Assembly: GCA_015063805.1 (NCBI GenBank)
Contig: SVTK01000014.1
Location: forward strand, 7,055 to 71,054
Length of the DNA stretch: 64,000 nt
Direction of reading: 5' to 3'
Source of the DNA: Oscillospiraceae bacterium
GTDB lineage: Bacteria > Bacillota > Clostridia > Oscillospirales > CAG-272
The notes under the pieces were generated by a model. That model made no database searches. It worked only from the letters and a program-made list of their open reading frames with translations, and was not told the origin of the DNA. How positions within the stretch are numbered: position 1 is the stretch's first letter; every line of letters starts with the position of its first letter. This document shows, in pieces, positions 25,120 through 34,388 of this stretch. The position numbers and the translations under genes were made by a program.

Positions 25120-27000
25120 ATGAATCTGACCACAGAAATCGCTGTCATCGGCGCGGGCCATGCGGGGGTGGAGGCTGCCCTTGCCGCCGCACGGCTGGGC
25201 TGTGACACGGTGCTATTTACCCTGTCCCTGGATGCCATTGCCAATATGCCCTGCAATCCCTCCATCGGGGGAACGGGGAAGGGGCATCTAGTGTACGAGA
25301 TCGATGCCCTGGGGGGCGAGATGGGGCGGGCGGCCGATGCTGTTACCCTCCAGTCCCGCACCTTGAACCTGGGAAAGGGCGCGGCGGTGCACTCCAAGCG
25401 GATCCAGGCCGACCGCCGCGCCTATGCTGCTTACATGAAGCGGGTGTTGGAGAAAACACCGGGCCTTCGGTTGGTGCAGGCCGAAGTGACGGCACTGATT
25501 ACCGAGCCCGATGCCGACGGCACGCCCCGGGTCTGCGGGGTAGAAACGCGGCTGGGGGAGCGGTGGAGCTGCGGCGGTGCCATCATTGCCACGGGTACGC
25601 ATCTGGACGGGCGGGTGTTTGTGGGTGACCGCAACTATGCCGCTGGTCCCGACGGACTGTTGCCGGCGGTTGGTCTTTCGGCTTCGCTGGAGGCCCTGGG
25701 GCTGACCCTGATGCGCTTCAAGACCGGCACGCCTGCCCGGGTGAAACGGCAGTCGGTGGATTTCTCGGTGCTGGAGATCCAGCCCGGGGAGGACAAGCCC
25801 ACCCCTTATTCCGCCGACACCCCCGAGGATGCCTTTGACAGCATGGAGCAGCTGCCCTGCCATATCGTTTACACCAACGCCGAGACCCACCGCATCATTC
25901 GCGACAATATTTCCCGCTCTGCCATGTACTCGGGACAGATCCACGGCACGGGCCCCCGCTATTGCCCTTCCATCGAGGACAAGCTGGTGCGCTTTGCCGA
26001 CAAGGAGCGGCATCAGCTTTTCGTGGAGCCCATGGGTGCCGACACCGATGAACTGTACATCCAGGGCTTTTCCACCTCACTGCCCCCCGACGTCCAGCAC
26101 GCCATGCTTCGCTCGCTGGATGGCTTTGCCCACGCCGAGATCATGCGCTACGCCTATGCCATCGAGTATGATTGTGCCGATCCGACGCAGATGACGGCGG
26201 ATCTTGCCTTCCGCGCCGTGCGGGGGCTGTGGGGCGCGGGGCAGTTCAACGGAACCTCGGGCTATGAGGAAGCGGCGGCCCAGGGGCTGGTGGCGGGAAT
26301 CAACGCCGCCCTGGCGCTGCGCGGACGGGCGCCCATGATTTTGTCCCGATCCTCTTCTTATATCGGTACGCTTATCGATGATTTGGTGACCAAGGGAACC
26401 AATGAACCCTACCGCATGATGACTTCCCGCTCGGAGTACCGCCTGCTGCTGCGGCAGGACAACGCCGACCGCCGGCTCACGCCCATCGGCCGGGAGATTG
26501 GGTTGATCGGCGACGAACGTTGGACCGAATATGAAGCCAAGCAGGCGGCCATTGAAGCCGAATGCATGCGGCTGGAGTCGACGTATCTCTCCCCTTCGGC
26601 CGAGAACAACGCTGTCCTGGCTGAGTTCGGCCAGCCTCCCCTTGCCACGGGGATATCTCTGGGCGACCTGCTCCGCCGACCCGGGATTGACTATGCTTCG
26701 CTGGCGAAACTCGACCCCGCCCGTCCCGCCCTGTCCCGCAGAGTGGTAACCGGCGTGGAGGTGGGGATCAAATACGCCGGCTACATCAAGCGCCAGCTGG
26801 CCGAAGTGGCCCGGCTGGAAAAGCGGGAGGCCTACCGCCTGCCCGAGGATATCGACTATTCCGCCATCACTGGCCTGCGCATCGAGGCGGCGCAAAAGCT
26901 GACCCGCCTCCGCCCCATGACCTTGGGCCAGGCCACCCGCATCAGCGGCGTCAGCCCGGCTGACATCGGGGTGCTGATGATTTATCTGGGGATAAAGTGA
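25120..27000 (+). CDS. mnmG: tRNA uridine 5-carboxymethylaminomethyl modification enzyme MnmG
   Basis: FAD-binding VIGAGHAGVEAA, GPRYCPSIEDK motif; 626 aa. Confidence 0.95.
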   Translation: MNLTTEIAVIGAGHAGVEAALAAARLGCDTVLFTLSLDAIANMPCNPSIGGTGKGHLVYEIDALGGEMGRAADAVTLQSRTLNLGKGAAVHSKRIQADRRAYAAYMKRVLEKTPGLRLVQAEVTALITEPDADGTPRVCGVETRLGERWSCGGAIIATGTHLDGRVFVGDRNYAAGPDGLLPAVGLSASLEALGLTLMRFKTGTPARVKRQSVDFSVLEIQPGEDKPTPYSADTPEDAFDSMEQLPCHIVYTNAETHRIIRDNISRSAMYSGQIHGTGPRYCPSIEDKLVRFADKERHQLFVEPMGADTDELYIQGFSTSLPPDVQHAMLRSLDGFAHAEIMRYAYAIEYDCADPTQMTADLAFRAVRGLWGAGQFNGTSGYEEAAAQGLVAGINAALALRGRAPMILSRSSSYIGTLIDDLVTKGTNEPYRMMTSRSEYRLLLRQDNADRRLTPIGREIGLIGDERWTEYEAKQAAIEAECMRLESTYLSPSAENNAVLAEFGQPPLATGISLGDLLRRPGIDYASLAKLDPARPALSRRVVTGVEVGIKYAGYIKRQLAEVARLEKREAYRLPEDIDYSAITGLRIEAAQKLTRLRPMTLGQATRISGVSPADIGVLMIYLGIK

Positions 27001-27004
27001 CGGG

Positions 27005-27174
27005 GGAGAGGGAAGAGGGGGCCTTTTGAAAAAGGCCCCCTCTTCCCTCTTGTCCGCGGCTTTGCCGCGGACAATTCACCCAACTCCCGCGAAAACTTCC
27101 AGAAAATTTGTTTTGAAAGTTTTTGCGGAGGGGTTTGGGGAGGTGCTTTTTTCAAAAAGCACCTCCCCAAGGTC
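27005..27174. repeat. composite intergenic palindromic repeat (two inverted units plus a nested hairpin)
   Basis: Palindrome GAGGGAAGAGGGGGCCTTTTGAAAAAGGCCCCCTCTTCCCTC, an extra hairpin GTCCGCGGCTTTGCCGCGGAC, tails CTCCCGCGAAAACTTCC / GAAAGTTTTTGCGGAGG, and palindrome GGGGAGGTGCTTTTTTCAAAAAGCACCTCCCC followed by AAGGTC. Confidence 0.7.
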
Positions 27175-27286
27175 TTTTCTGTGAAATGCCCAATTCTGTC
27201 CCTGTCTTTTTGTGCATTATTCCATCTTTCTTTTTGGGGGCGGATGTGGTAGAATAATGGGGCACGAGATTTTGGGAGGGATGAAG

Positions 27287-27985
27287 ATGAAACTGTGCGG
27301 TCTGCAGAAGCTTACGCTGTTGGATTTTCCCGGCAAGGTGGCCTGCACGGTGTTCACCGGCGGGTGCAATTTCCGCTGTCCCTTCTGCCACAACGCCCAG
27401 TTGGTGCTGCTGCCCGACGGGCATGATTCCCTTGACACTGAGGAGTTTTTCACCTTTCTCGGCCGGCGGCAGGGGATCCTTGACGGTGTATGTGTGACGG
27501 GGGGAGAGCCTCTCCTGCAGCACGACATTGCCGATTTTCTCCGCCGTATCCGCAGTCTCGGCTTTGCGGTGAAGCTGGACACCAACGGGTCTTTCCCCGA
27601 GCAGCTCAAAGCGCTGGTGCGGGAGGGGCTGGTGGACTATGTGGCCATGGACATCAAGCACGCCCCCGATCAGTATGGTGTTGCCGTGGGCATTGAAGGC
27701 TTTGACACAACCAAGGTGGAGGAGAGCATTGATTTTCTGCTTTCCGGCGCGGTGCCCTATGAGTTCCGCACCACTGTGGTGGCCGAAATCCATCACGATG
27801 GGGATTTTGCCGCCATCGGCCGCCGCATCCGCGGGGCGGAGCGGTATTATCTGCAGTCCTTCCGGGACGAGGGGGATCTGCTCACCGGCGGGCTGACTGC
27901 GCCGACACGGGAACAGATGCAGCGCTGGCGGGAGGAAATCGCACCCTATGTGGGGGAAGCGGTTATTCGAAGCGAAACAAAGTAA
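27287..27985 (+). CDS. nrdG: anaerobic ribonucleoside-triphosphate reductase activating protein
   Basis: Radical SAM cluster GGCNFRCPFCHN; GLQKLTLLDFPGKVA N-terminus. Start at ATG 27287 gives the best spacing to GGGAGGG; in-frame alternatives are at 27281 and 27257. Confidence 0.85.
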   Translation: MKLCGLQKLTLLDFPGKVACTVFTGGCNFRCPFCHNAQLVLLPDGHDSLDTEEFFTFLGRRQGILDGVCVTGGEPLLQHDIADFLRRIRSLGFAVKLDTNGSFPEQLKALVREGLVDYVAMDIKHAPDQYGVAVGIEGFDTTKVEESIDFLLSGAVPYEFRTTVVAEIHHDGDFAAIGRRIRGAERYYLQSFRDEGDLLTGGLTAPTREQMQRWREEIAPYVGEAVIRSETK

Positions 27986-27986
27986 A

Positions 27987-28033
27987 GCACTAAATCTTGT
28001 GATTTTGGAAGAAAAATTTTCTATATCTTGTGT
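27987..28033 (+). promoter_or_regulatory. tandem NrdR boxes
   Basis: GCACTAAATCTTGTGA (27987-28002) and TTTCTATATCTTGTGT (28018-28033). Each matches about 12/16 of the NrdR-box consensus acaCwAtATaTwGtgt. Start-to-start distance is 31 bp, directly upstream of the nrdD promoter. Confidence 0.6.
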
Positions 28034-28041
28034 TTTACCCC

Positions 28042-28070
28042 TTGACAAACAAAACTAAATATGGTATGCT
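28042..28070 (+). promoter_or_regulatory. sigma-70-type promoter of nrdD
   Basis: TTGACA, 17 nt, TATGCT, with a TGG upstream of the -10. Confidence 0.45.
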
Positions 28071-28106
28071 ATACCCGACGCCGCTCGCGGTGTCGGGTAT
28101 TTTTAT
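28071..28106 (+). terminator. terminator-like hairpin between nrdG and nrdD, abutting the nrdD -10
   Basis: ATACCCGACGCCGC / GCGGTGTCGGGTAT stem followed by TTTTTAT. Confidence 0.5.
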
Positions 28107-28159
28107 CCAAACCTTAATCGAACGACCCAAATAAATGAAAATGACAAAAGGAGAACACG

Positions 28160-30535
28160 ATGTACCAGGTAGTAAAACGCGACGGAAAAATTGCCGACTT
28201 TAACATTGCCAAAATCAGCGCCGCCATTACCAAGGCTTTTGAAGCTCAGCAGAAGCCCTTTAATCCCGACATCGTCGACCTGCTCGCCCTGAAGGTGACA
28301 GCCGACTATACCGAGAAGATCAAGGACAACAAGGTTACCGTGGAGGACATTCAGGACAGCGTGGAGTCTGTGCTGATCCAGGCGGGCTACGCCGATGTGG
28401 CCAAGTGCTACATCCTCTACCGTAAGCAGCGGGAGAAGATCCGCAACATGAAGGCCACTATGCTGGACTACAAGGAGCTGGTGGACAAATACGTCAAGGC
28501 CTCCGACTGGCGCGTGAAGGAGAACTCCACCGTCACCTACTCGGTGGGCGGTCTGATCCTCTCCAACTCGGGTGCCATTACCGCAAACTATTGGCTCTCC
28601 GAGATCTATGACAGCGAGATCGCCAATGCCCACCGCAACGCCGATATCCACCTCCATGACCTGTCCATGCTCACCGGCTACTGCGCCGGCTGGTCCCTGC
28701 GTCAGCTCATCGAGGAAGGTCTGGGCGGCATTCCCGGAAAGATCACCTCTGCTCCCGCCAAGCACCTGGCTACTCTCTGCAACCAGATGGTCAACTTCCT
28801 TGGCATCATGCAGAACGAGTGGGCCGGCGCGCAGGCATTCTCTTCGTTTGATACCTACCTCGCTCCCTTTGTGAAGGTGGACAACCTGGACTACGAGCAG
28901 GTCAAGAAGTGCATCGAGTCCTTCATTTACGGTGTCAATACCCCCTCTCGCTGGGGTACCCAGGCGCCCTTCTCCAACATTACCCTTGACTGGACGGTTC
29001 CCGCTGACCTGGCCGAGAAGCCTGCTATCGTGGGCGGTAAGGAGATGGACTTCACCTATGGCGACTGTAAGGCCGAGATGGATATGGTCAACCGTGCGTT
29101 CCTGGAGATCATGATCGAGGGTGACGCCAACGGCCGCGGCTTCCAGTATCCCATCCCCACCTACTCCATCACCCGCGACTTTGACTGGTCCGAGACCGAG
29201 AACAACCGTCTTCTCTTCGAGATGACCGCCAAGTACGGCACGCCCTACTTCTCCAACTACATCAACTCCGATATGGAGCCCAGCGACGTGCGCTCCATGT
29301 GCTGCCGTCTGCGTCTCGACCTGCGCGAACTGCGCAAGAAGTCGGGCGGATTCTTTGGCTCGGGTGAGAGCACCGGCTCGGTGGGCGTTGTCACCATCAA
29401 TATGCCCCGTATCGCTTACCTGGCTGAGAATGAGGAAGACTTCTACCGCCGCCTCGATCATATGATGGATGTGTCGGCCCGCTCCCTCAAGACCAAGCGT
29501 ACCGTCCTCTCCAAGCTGCTGGACGAGGGCCTGTACCCCTACACCAAGCGTTACCTGGGCGGCTTTGACAATCACTTCTCCACCCTGGGTCTTGTGGGCA
29601 TGAACGAGGCCTGCCGCAACGCCAAGTGGCTGCGCTGCGACCTCACCCACCGCCGCGCCCAGGAGTTCACCAAGGAAGTGCTCAACCATATGCGCGAGCG
29701 CCTGGTGATCTATCAGGAGCAGTACGGCGACCTGTACAACCTGGAGGCTACTCCCGCCGAGTCCACCAGCTTCCGTCTGGCTAAGCACGACATCGAGCAT
29801 TATCCCGATATCCTCACCGCCGGCGGCGAGGGGGAGACTCCCTACTACACCAACTCCAGCCACCTGCCCGTGGGCTACACTGCCGATATCTTCGAGGCCC
29901 TGGATGTGCAGGACGAGCTGCAGACCCTCTACACCTCGGGTACCGTCTTCCACGCCTTCCTTGGCGAGAAGCTTCCCGACTGGCGTTCCACCGCGGCCCT
30001 TGTGCGCAAGATCGCCGAAAACTATAAGCTCCCCTATTACACCATGTCTCCCACCTACTCGGTCTGCCGTCAGCACGGCTACATTGCGGGTGAGGTCTAC
30101 ACCTGCCCTGACTGCGGTGCTGTTACCGAGGTCTACTCCCGCATCACGGGCTACTATCGCCCCGTGCAGAACTGGAATGCGGGTAAGGCACAGGAGTTCA
30201 AGCATCGCCTGACCTATGACATTGCAGGCTCTCACCTCAAGGAGAAGAAGCAGACCGAGGCACCTGCCGCTCCCGTGGCTGCTCCTGCGGCAGAGGGTGC
30301 TGAGCTGCTGCTCTTCACCACCCCCACCTGCCCCAACTGCCCCCTGGCCAAGGCCGCTCTTGACCGCGCCGGGATCGCCTATACGGTGATCAACGCCAAC
30401 GAAGAGCCCGAGCTCTGCCGCAGTCTGGGCATCGCAACCGCACCCTCCCTGGCCGTTCGCGCAGGGGATGAGGCTGCGGTCTACGCAGGAGTTCCTGCCA
30501 TCAAGCAGTTCATTGCCGCCTCCGTGAAGGCATAA
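28160..30535 (+). CDS. nrdD: anaerobic (class III) ribonucleoside-triphosphate reductase with a C-terminal thioredoxin-fold CxxC domain
   Basis: ATP-cone N-terminus MYQVVKRDGKIADFNIAKI. Zn-ribbon CRQHG...CPDCG and glycyl-radical motif SRITGYYRPV. After that comes an Ala/Pro linker and a 78-aa LLLFTTPTCPNCPLAK... domain. Confidence 0.95.
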   Translation: MYQVVKRDGKIADFNIAKISAAITKAFEAQQKPFNPDIVDLLALKVTADYTEKIKDNKVTVEDIQDSVESVLIQAGYADVAKCYILYRKQREKIRNMKATMLDYKELVDKYVKASDWRVKENSTVTYSVGGLILSNSGAITANYWLSEIYDSEIANAHRNADIHLHDLSMLTGYCAGWSLRQLIEEGLGGIPGKITSAPAKHLATLCNQMVNFLGIMQNEWAGAQAFSSFDTYLAPFVKVDNLDYEQVKKCIESFIYGVNTPSRWGTQAPFSNITLDWTVPADLAEKPAIVGGKEMDFTYGDCKAEMDMVNRAFLEIMIEGDANGRGFQYPIPTYSITRDFDWSETENNRLLFEMTAKYGTPYFSNYINSDMEPSDVRSMCCRLRLDLRELRKKSGGFFGSGESTGSVGVVTINMPRIAYLAENEEDFYRRLDHMMDVSARSLKTKRTVLSKLLDEGLYPYTKRYLGGFDNHFSTLGLVGMNEACRNAKWLRCDLTHRRAQEFTKEVLNHMRERLVIYQEQYGDLYNLEATPAESTSFRLAKHDIEHYPDILTAGGEGETPYYTNSSHLPVGYTADIFEALDVQDELQTLYTSGTVFHAFLGEKLPDWRSTAALVRKIAENYKLPYYTMSPTYSVCRQHGYIAGEVYTCPDCGAVTEVYSRITGYYRPVQNWNAGKAQEFKHRLTYDIAGSHLKEKKQTEAPAAPVAAPAAEGAELLLFTTPTCPNCPLAKAALDRAGIAYTVINANEEPELCRSLGIATAPSLAVRAGDEAAVYAGVPAIKQFIAASVKA

Positions 30536-30548
30536 CCGTATATTCCGC

Positions 30549-30598
30549 CAAAGGCGGGGCGCTGTGCAGACACACAGTGCCCCGCCTTTGCTGTTTTT
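30549..30598 (+). terminator. intrinsic terminator after nrdD
   Basis: 18-bp stem CAAAGGCGGGGCGCTGTG / CACAGTGCCCCGCCTTTG followed by CTGTTTTT. A second hairpin GAAAGGCTCCCTC/GAGGGAGCCTTTTC follows at about 30611-30640. Confidence 0.75.
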
Positions 30599-30711
30599 GC
30601 CTTCCGCCCGAAAGGCTCCCTCTCGGAGGGAGCCTTTTCGTTCCCGCATGGTTTATCTCCGCAGCTTGCTGTGGCTTTCGGTGGGAATTTGGAAAAAATT
30701 TTCTTCTTCTG

Positions 30712-30740
30712 TTTACAAATACCCAAAAGTATGGTATACT
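30712..30740 (+). promoter_or_regulatory. sigma-70-type promoter of yybS-gdpP-rplI-dnaB
   Basis: TTTACA, 17 nt, TATACT, with TGG upstream of the -10. Confidence 0.45.
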
Positions 30741-30790
30741 GTTAGAATATAATAGGTGTATTATCGCGATGCGGAAAAGGAGGTGGCGGC

Positions 30791-31825
30791 GTGGAAAAGC
30801 AGGCTCCCAAGAAAAAGCTTCCCTTTGGCGGGGCTGAGCTTCCCCGTCTGCGTGTTCTGCCCGTCATTCTCTTCTCGGTTCTTTGTGTGCTGGTATTTGT
30901 GCTGGCTGCCCCCGCTCCCTTGCGGATGGATCCCGCAAATCCTGCCGATATTGCCTATGTCTTCATCCGACTGTCCATGCTGCTCTGCGCGGCGGCGGGG
31001 GTGGGCTGCGGTGCGTTCCTGCTGATCTTCGCGCCCCTTCCCGTTACCCTTGCGCTGATTCCCCTGACCGGCGGGCTGAGCTATTTCCTTTCCCGGGACG
31101 TGTGGACGGCGGTGGCGGCCATGGGCTTCTTTGCCGCGCCCTTCCTGCTTCGCCGACTTTTGGAGGTCGGGATGCCCCGCACCGGGGCGGTGGTCCGGCT
31201 GTCGGCCTGCCTTGGGGCGATCTTCCTGCCTTTCTTCTACCGCTCGGTGGCGGTGGCCATGGGTACGGCGGCACCGAAGGAAATCTTAACCAGGATTGGC
31301 GACAGCTGCCGCGCGGCCTTCTCCGCCGTCACGGTGGAGTACATGGGCAAGGCGTACACCTACTCCGCGCAGGACGCGGCCCTTATGGCACAGCTTCTGC
31401 TGATCCTGCTGCCAGCCATGATCCTGCTGATCTGCAATATCACGGCCTGGATCTCCCATTGCTTCGCTGTGCTGCTCTTCCGCACCCACGGCATGGAGCG
31501 GCTGATCCCTCCCGAGGCCCGTCGTCTTGTGCTGAGCCGTGTAGGCGCAGTGATCTTCCTTGCCGCCTGTCTTGGGTCGGTGATCTTCTCGGGCAGTGCC
31601 GAGATCGGTCTTCCCGAAGCGCTTTCCCTGAACCTCTTTCTCATCCTTGAGACCCCCTTTGCGGCGGTGGGGGTAAGAACGCTGATCGAGTTCTTCCGCC
31701 AGCGGGGCGGATTCCCTCTGGTCCTTGTGATTTTTGCGCTCCTCTTCTGTGAACTCAGCCTTTGCTTCCTGTTCCTCGCCCTGGCGGGAGTGGTGAGCAC
31801 TCTGCGAAAACCGAAAACGGCTTGA
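30791..31825 (+). CDS. yybS: YybS-like (DUF2232) polytopic membrane protein
   Basis: GTG start 7 nt after AGGAGG. Many TM segments. Located directly upstream of gdpP-rplI-dnaB, as yybS is in Bacillus. Confidence 0.6.
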   Translation: MEKQAPKKKLPFGGAELPRLRVLPVILFSVLCVLVFVLAAPAPLRMDPANPADIAYVFIRLSMLLCAAAGVGCGAFLLIFAPLPVTLALIPLTGGLSYFLSRDVWTAVAAMGFFAAPFLLRRLLEVGMPRTGAVVRLSACLGAIFLPFFYRSVAVAMGTAAPKEILTRIGDSCRAAFSAVTVEYMGKAYTYSAQDAALMAQLLLILLPAMILLICNITAWISHCFAVLLFRTHGMERLIPPEARRLVLSRVGAVIFLAACLGSVIFSGSAEIGLPEALSLNLFLILETPFAAVGVRTLIEFFRQRGGFPLVLVIFALLFCELSLCFLFLALAGVVSTLRKPKTA

Positions 31826-31861
31826 TGTCCTCCGGGTCATCGCCGAGAGAAAGGAATCGTT

Positions 31862-33877
31862 ATGTCAAAACAACCGAAGCGATCCCCTCTGTCCCTGTCC
31901 CATCTGCCCCTGGCTGTTTGCCTGGGCGGCGGTCTGCTGCTCTTTGCGGTGCATATTCTTATCTGTTCCCTTACCCAGGCCTCTCCTGCGGTGAGCGGAC
32001 TGGCTTTGCTGGCGGTGTATGTGATGCTGGTAGCCGGCGTCTTTATTTTCCATCGGACGCGGTTGGCGCGGCTGGCGGTGAGAGACACCCATCTGCCTGC
32101 TTTGGGCAACCTGATGATGGAGATGCTCACCGGCATTGATGCCCCTTTCCTCATTACCGATGAGCTGGGCGGGGTGATCTGGTACAACCGGGCTCTGCTT
32201 TTCCTGACGGGACGGCGGGATTCCCTCTATGGCGGAAACATCACCGCCTTCTGTCCCCTCTCCATGAACGAGCTGATTCGCGACGAGCGGATAAAGGAGG
32301 AGGGTGTTCCCCTCTCTATGAACGGCCGCCACTTCCGGGCGAAGACCTATCGGATGCCGGTGTCGGGCAAAAACTTCTGGCTGACGGTGTTTGATGAGGA
32401 GACCGCCCTTGTGGCCATGGCTGCTGAGGCCGCTGCACAGCGGACGGTGGTAGCGCATATCATGCTGGACAACCTGGAGGAGCTGGCACAGTATGTGCGG
32501 GAGAGCCTCCGCTCGGCCACCAACGAGGTGGACCGCATTCTCAAAGGATGGGCCGCGGGGATGCACGGCGTCCTCACCGAGACCGACCGAAACCGCTATG
32601 TGCTGATCTTTCCGGCAGAACAGCTGGAGGCCTGCATCGCCGACCGGTTTGCCATCTTTGACGAGATCCGCAACGTCCGCATCGGCGAGAACGGGATGCC
32701 CATCACCGTTTCCATGGGAATCTCCGCCCTGGGAGATACCCTGGAGGAGCGGGCAAAGCACGCCAATGCTGCCCTGGACACGGCACTGCAGCGGGGCGGT
32801 GATCAGGTGGCCCTGAAGACCGAAGAGGGAGTTTCCTTCTACGGCGGCCGTACCAAGATGGTGCAGAAGCGGACCAAGGTCCGTGCGCGGATCATTTCGG
32901 GCGAGCTTTGCTCCATGATCGCGGCGGCGGGGAATGTGCTGATTATGGGTCACCGCTATCCCGACTTCGATGCCATCGGCGCCTGCGTGGGCGTGGCCCG
33001 GCTGTGTATGTTCTGCGGGGTCAAGGCCAAAATCGTGCTCAACCGCGCGGATGCCAATGTCCGGACCTGTCTCAGCCGTATCTCGGAGGTGGAGGAGTAC
33101 GAGGATGTCTTCATCGACAGCGCCTCGGCGCTGGATCTGGTTCGCTCCGATACGCTCCTTATTGTGGTGGATGTGAATAACTTCGATATTGTGGAGGCCC
33201 CCGAGATTGCGGCCAACGTGCAGACCATCGCCGTGATCGACCATCACCGCAAAACGGTGGATACTGACCGCAAGCTGGCGCTTGCTTATATCGAGCCCTC
33301 CGCCAGCTCGGCCTGCGAGCTGATCGCCGAGATCCTTGAGCAGTGCCTGCCCCAGGGCGGCCTGCTCAAGGAAGAGGCTAACCTGATGATGTCGGGTATG
33401 CTGCTGGATACCAAGCAGTTCAGCGCCAACACCGGTACCCGTACCTTCTCGGCGGCCCTGTATCTCCGCAGTGAAGGGGCCAATCCCGGTGAGGTGCAGT
33501 CCTTCTTCAAGGCTGACCTGGACGAGTTCGTCCGGGAAGCCCGCTTCGCTTCCAACGTGGTGATCTACCGCAACATGATCGCCATCGCCTACTTCGACGG
33601 CGAGGGACAGGACTCCGACCGCGTGGCGGCGGCCAAGGCGGCCAATAAGCTGCTGACGGTGCGCCGGGTGGCTGCTTCCTTTGCCCTGGTGCGCATCGGG
33701 GACACGGTGCACATCTCGGCCCGCTCGGACGGCTCGCTGAACGTACAGCTCATCATGGAGTCCATGGGGGGCGGCGGTCACTTCGACGGCGCAGGTGCTC
33801 AGGTGGAAACCCACAGTGTTGCCGACGCCATGAATCTGCTCAAATCCGCCATCGACGGCTATCTGGATGCCGATTGA
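31862..33877 (+). CDS. gdpP: cyclic-di-AMP phosphodiesterase GdpP (DHH/DHHA1)
   Basis: Two N-terminal TM segments, a PAS-like and a degenerate GGDEF-like region, DHH motifs (GHRYPDFDAIG, VIDHHRK) and DHHA1 GGGGH. Confidence 0.85.
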   Translation: MSKQPKRSPLSLSHLPLAVCLGGGLLLFAVHILICSLTQASPAVSGLALLAVYVMLVAGVFIFHRTRLARLAVRDTHLPALGNLMMEMLTGIDAPFLITDELGGVIWYNRALLFLTGRRDSLYGGNITAFCPLSMNELIRDERIKEEGVPLSMNGRHFRAKTYRMPVSGKNFWLTVFDEETALVAMAAEAAAQRTVVAHIMLDNLEELAQYVRESLRSATNEVDRILKGWAAGMHGVLTETDRNRYVLIFPAEQLEACIADRFAIFDEIRNVRIGENGMPITVSMGISALGDTLEERAKHANAALDTALQRGGDQVALKTEEGVSFYGGRTKMVQKRTKVRARIISGELCSMIAAAGNVLIMGHRYPDFDAIGACVGVARLCMFCGVKAKIVLNRADANVRTCLSRISEVEEYEDVFIDSASALDLVRSDTLLIVVDVNNFDIVEAPEIAANVQTIAVIDHHRKTVDTDRKLALAYIEPSASSACELIAEILEQCLPQGGLLKEEANLMMSGMLLDTKQFSANTGTRTFSAALYLRSEGANPGEVQSFFKADLDEFVREARFASNVVIYRNMIAIAYFDGEGQDSDRVAAAKAANKLLTVRRVAASFALVRIGDTVHISARSDGSLNVQLIMESMGGGGHFDGAGAQVETHSVADAMNLLKSAIDGYLDAD

Positions 33878-33918
33878 GGCAAAAATAGAAAATTTCCCGA
33901 ACAACGGAGGTATATAAC

Positions 33919-34365
33919 ATGAAAGTCATTCTTACCCAGGATGTCAAGGGTCAGGGCAAAAAGGACCAGCTGGTCAACGTCTCGGACGGATATGCCCGCA
34001 ATTTCCTGCTCCCCCGGGGGCTGGCCATTCCCGCTGACGCCAAATCCATCAACGAAATGAAGAACAAGGAAGCTTCTGCCCAGTACAAGCTGGAGACCGA
34101 GCGCAAGGCCGCACGGGAGCTGGCAGAGAAGCTTTCCTCCCTTACCGTGAAGCTTATGGCTGCGGCAGGCACCGACGGCCGTATCTACGGCTCGGTGACC
34201 ACCAAGGATATCGCCGAGGCGCTGCAGAAGCAGCACAACATCACCATTGACAAGCGCAAGATGGTGCTGGCCGATCCCATCAAGGCCTTTGGCACCTACC
34301 GCATCGATGTCAAGCTCTATCCCGAGATCTCGGGGCAGATCACCGTTGTGGTTTCCGATAAATAA
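33919..34365 (+). CDS. rplI: 50S ribosomal protein L9
   Basis: [36 protein letters not shown] is a canonical L9 N-terminus. Confidence 0.95.
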   Translation: MKVILTQDVKGQGKKDQLVNVSDGYARNFLLPRGLAIPADAKSINEMKNKEASAQYKLETERKAARELAEKLSSLTVKLMAAAGTDGRIYGSVTTKDIAEALQKQHNITIDKRKMVLADPIKAFGTYRIDVKLYPEISGQITVVVSDK

Positions 34366-34388
34366 AGGACGAGAGGGAGGATCCCGGC

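Noticed and set aside
30564-30837. Small ORFs (62 and 86 aa) in the nrdD-yybS spacer
   Set aside because: They overlap two terminator hairpins and the yybS promoter, have no RBS, and have no recognisable sequence features.
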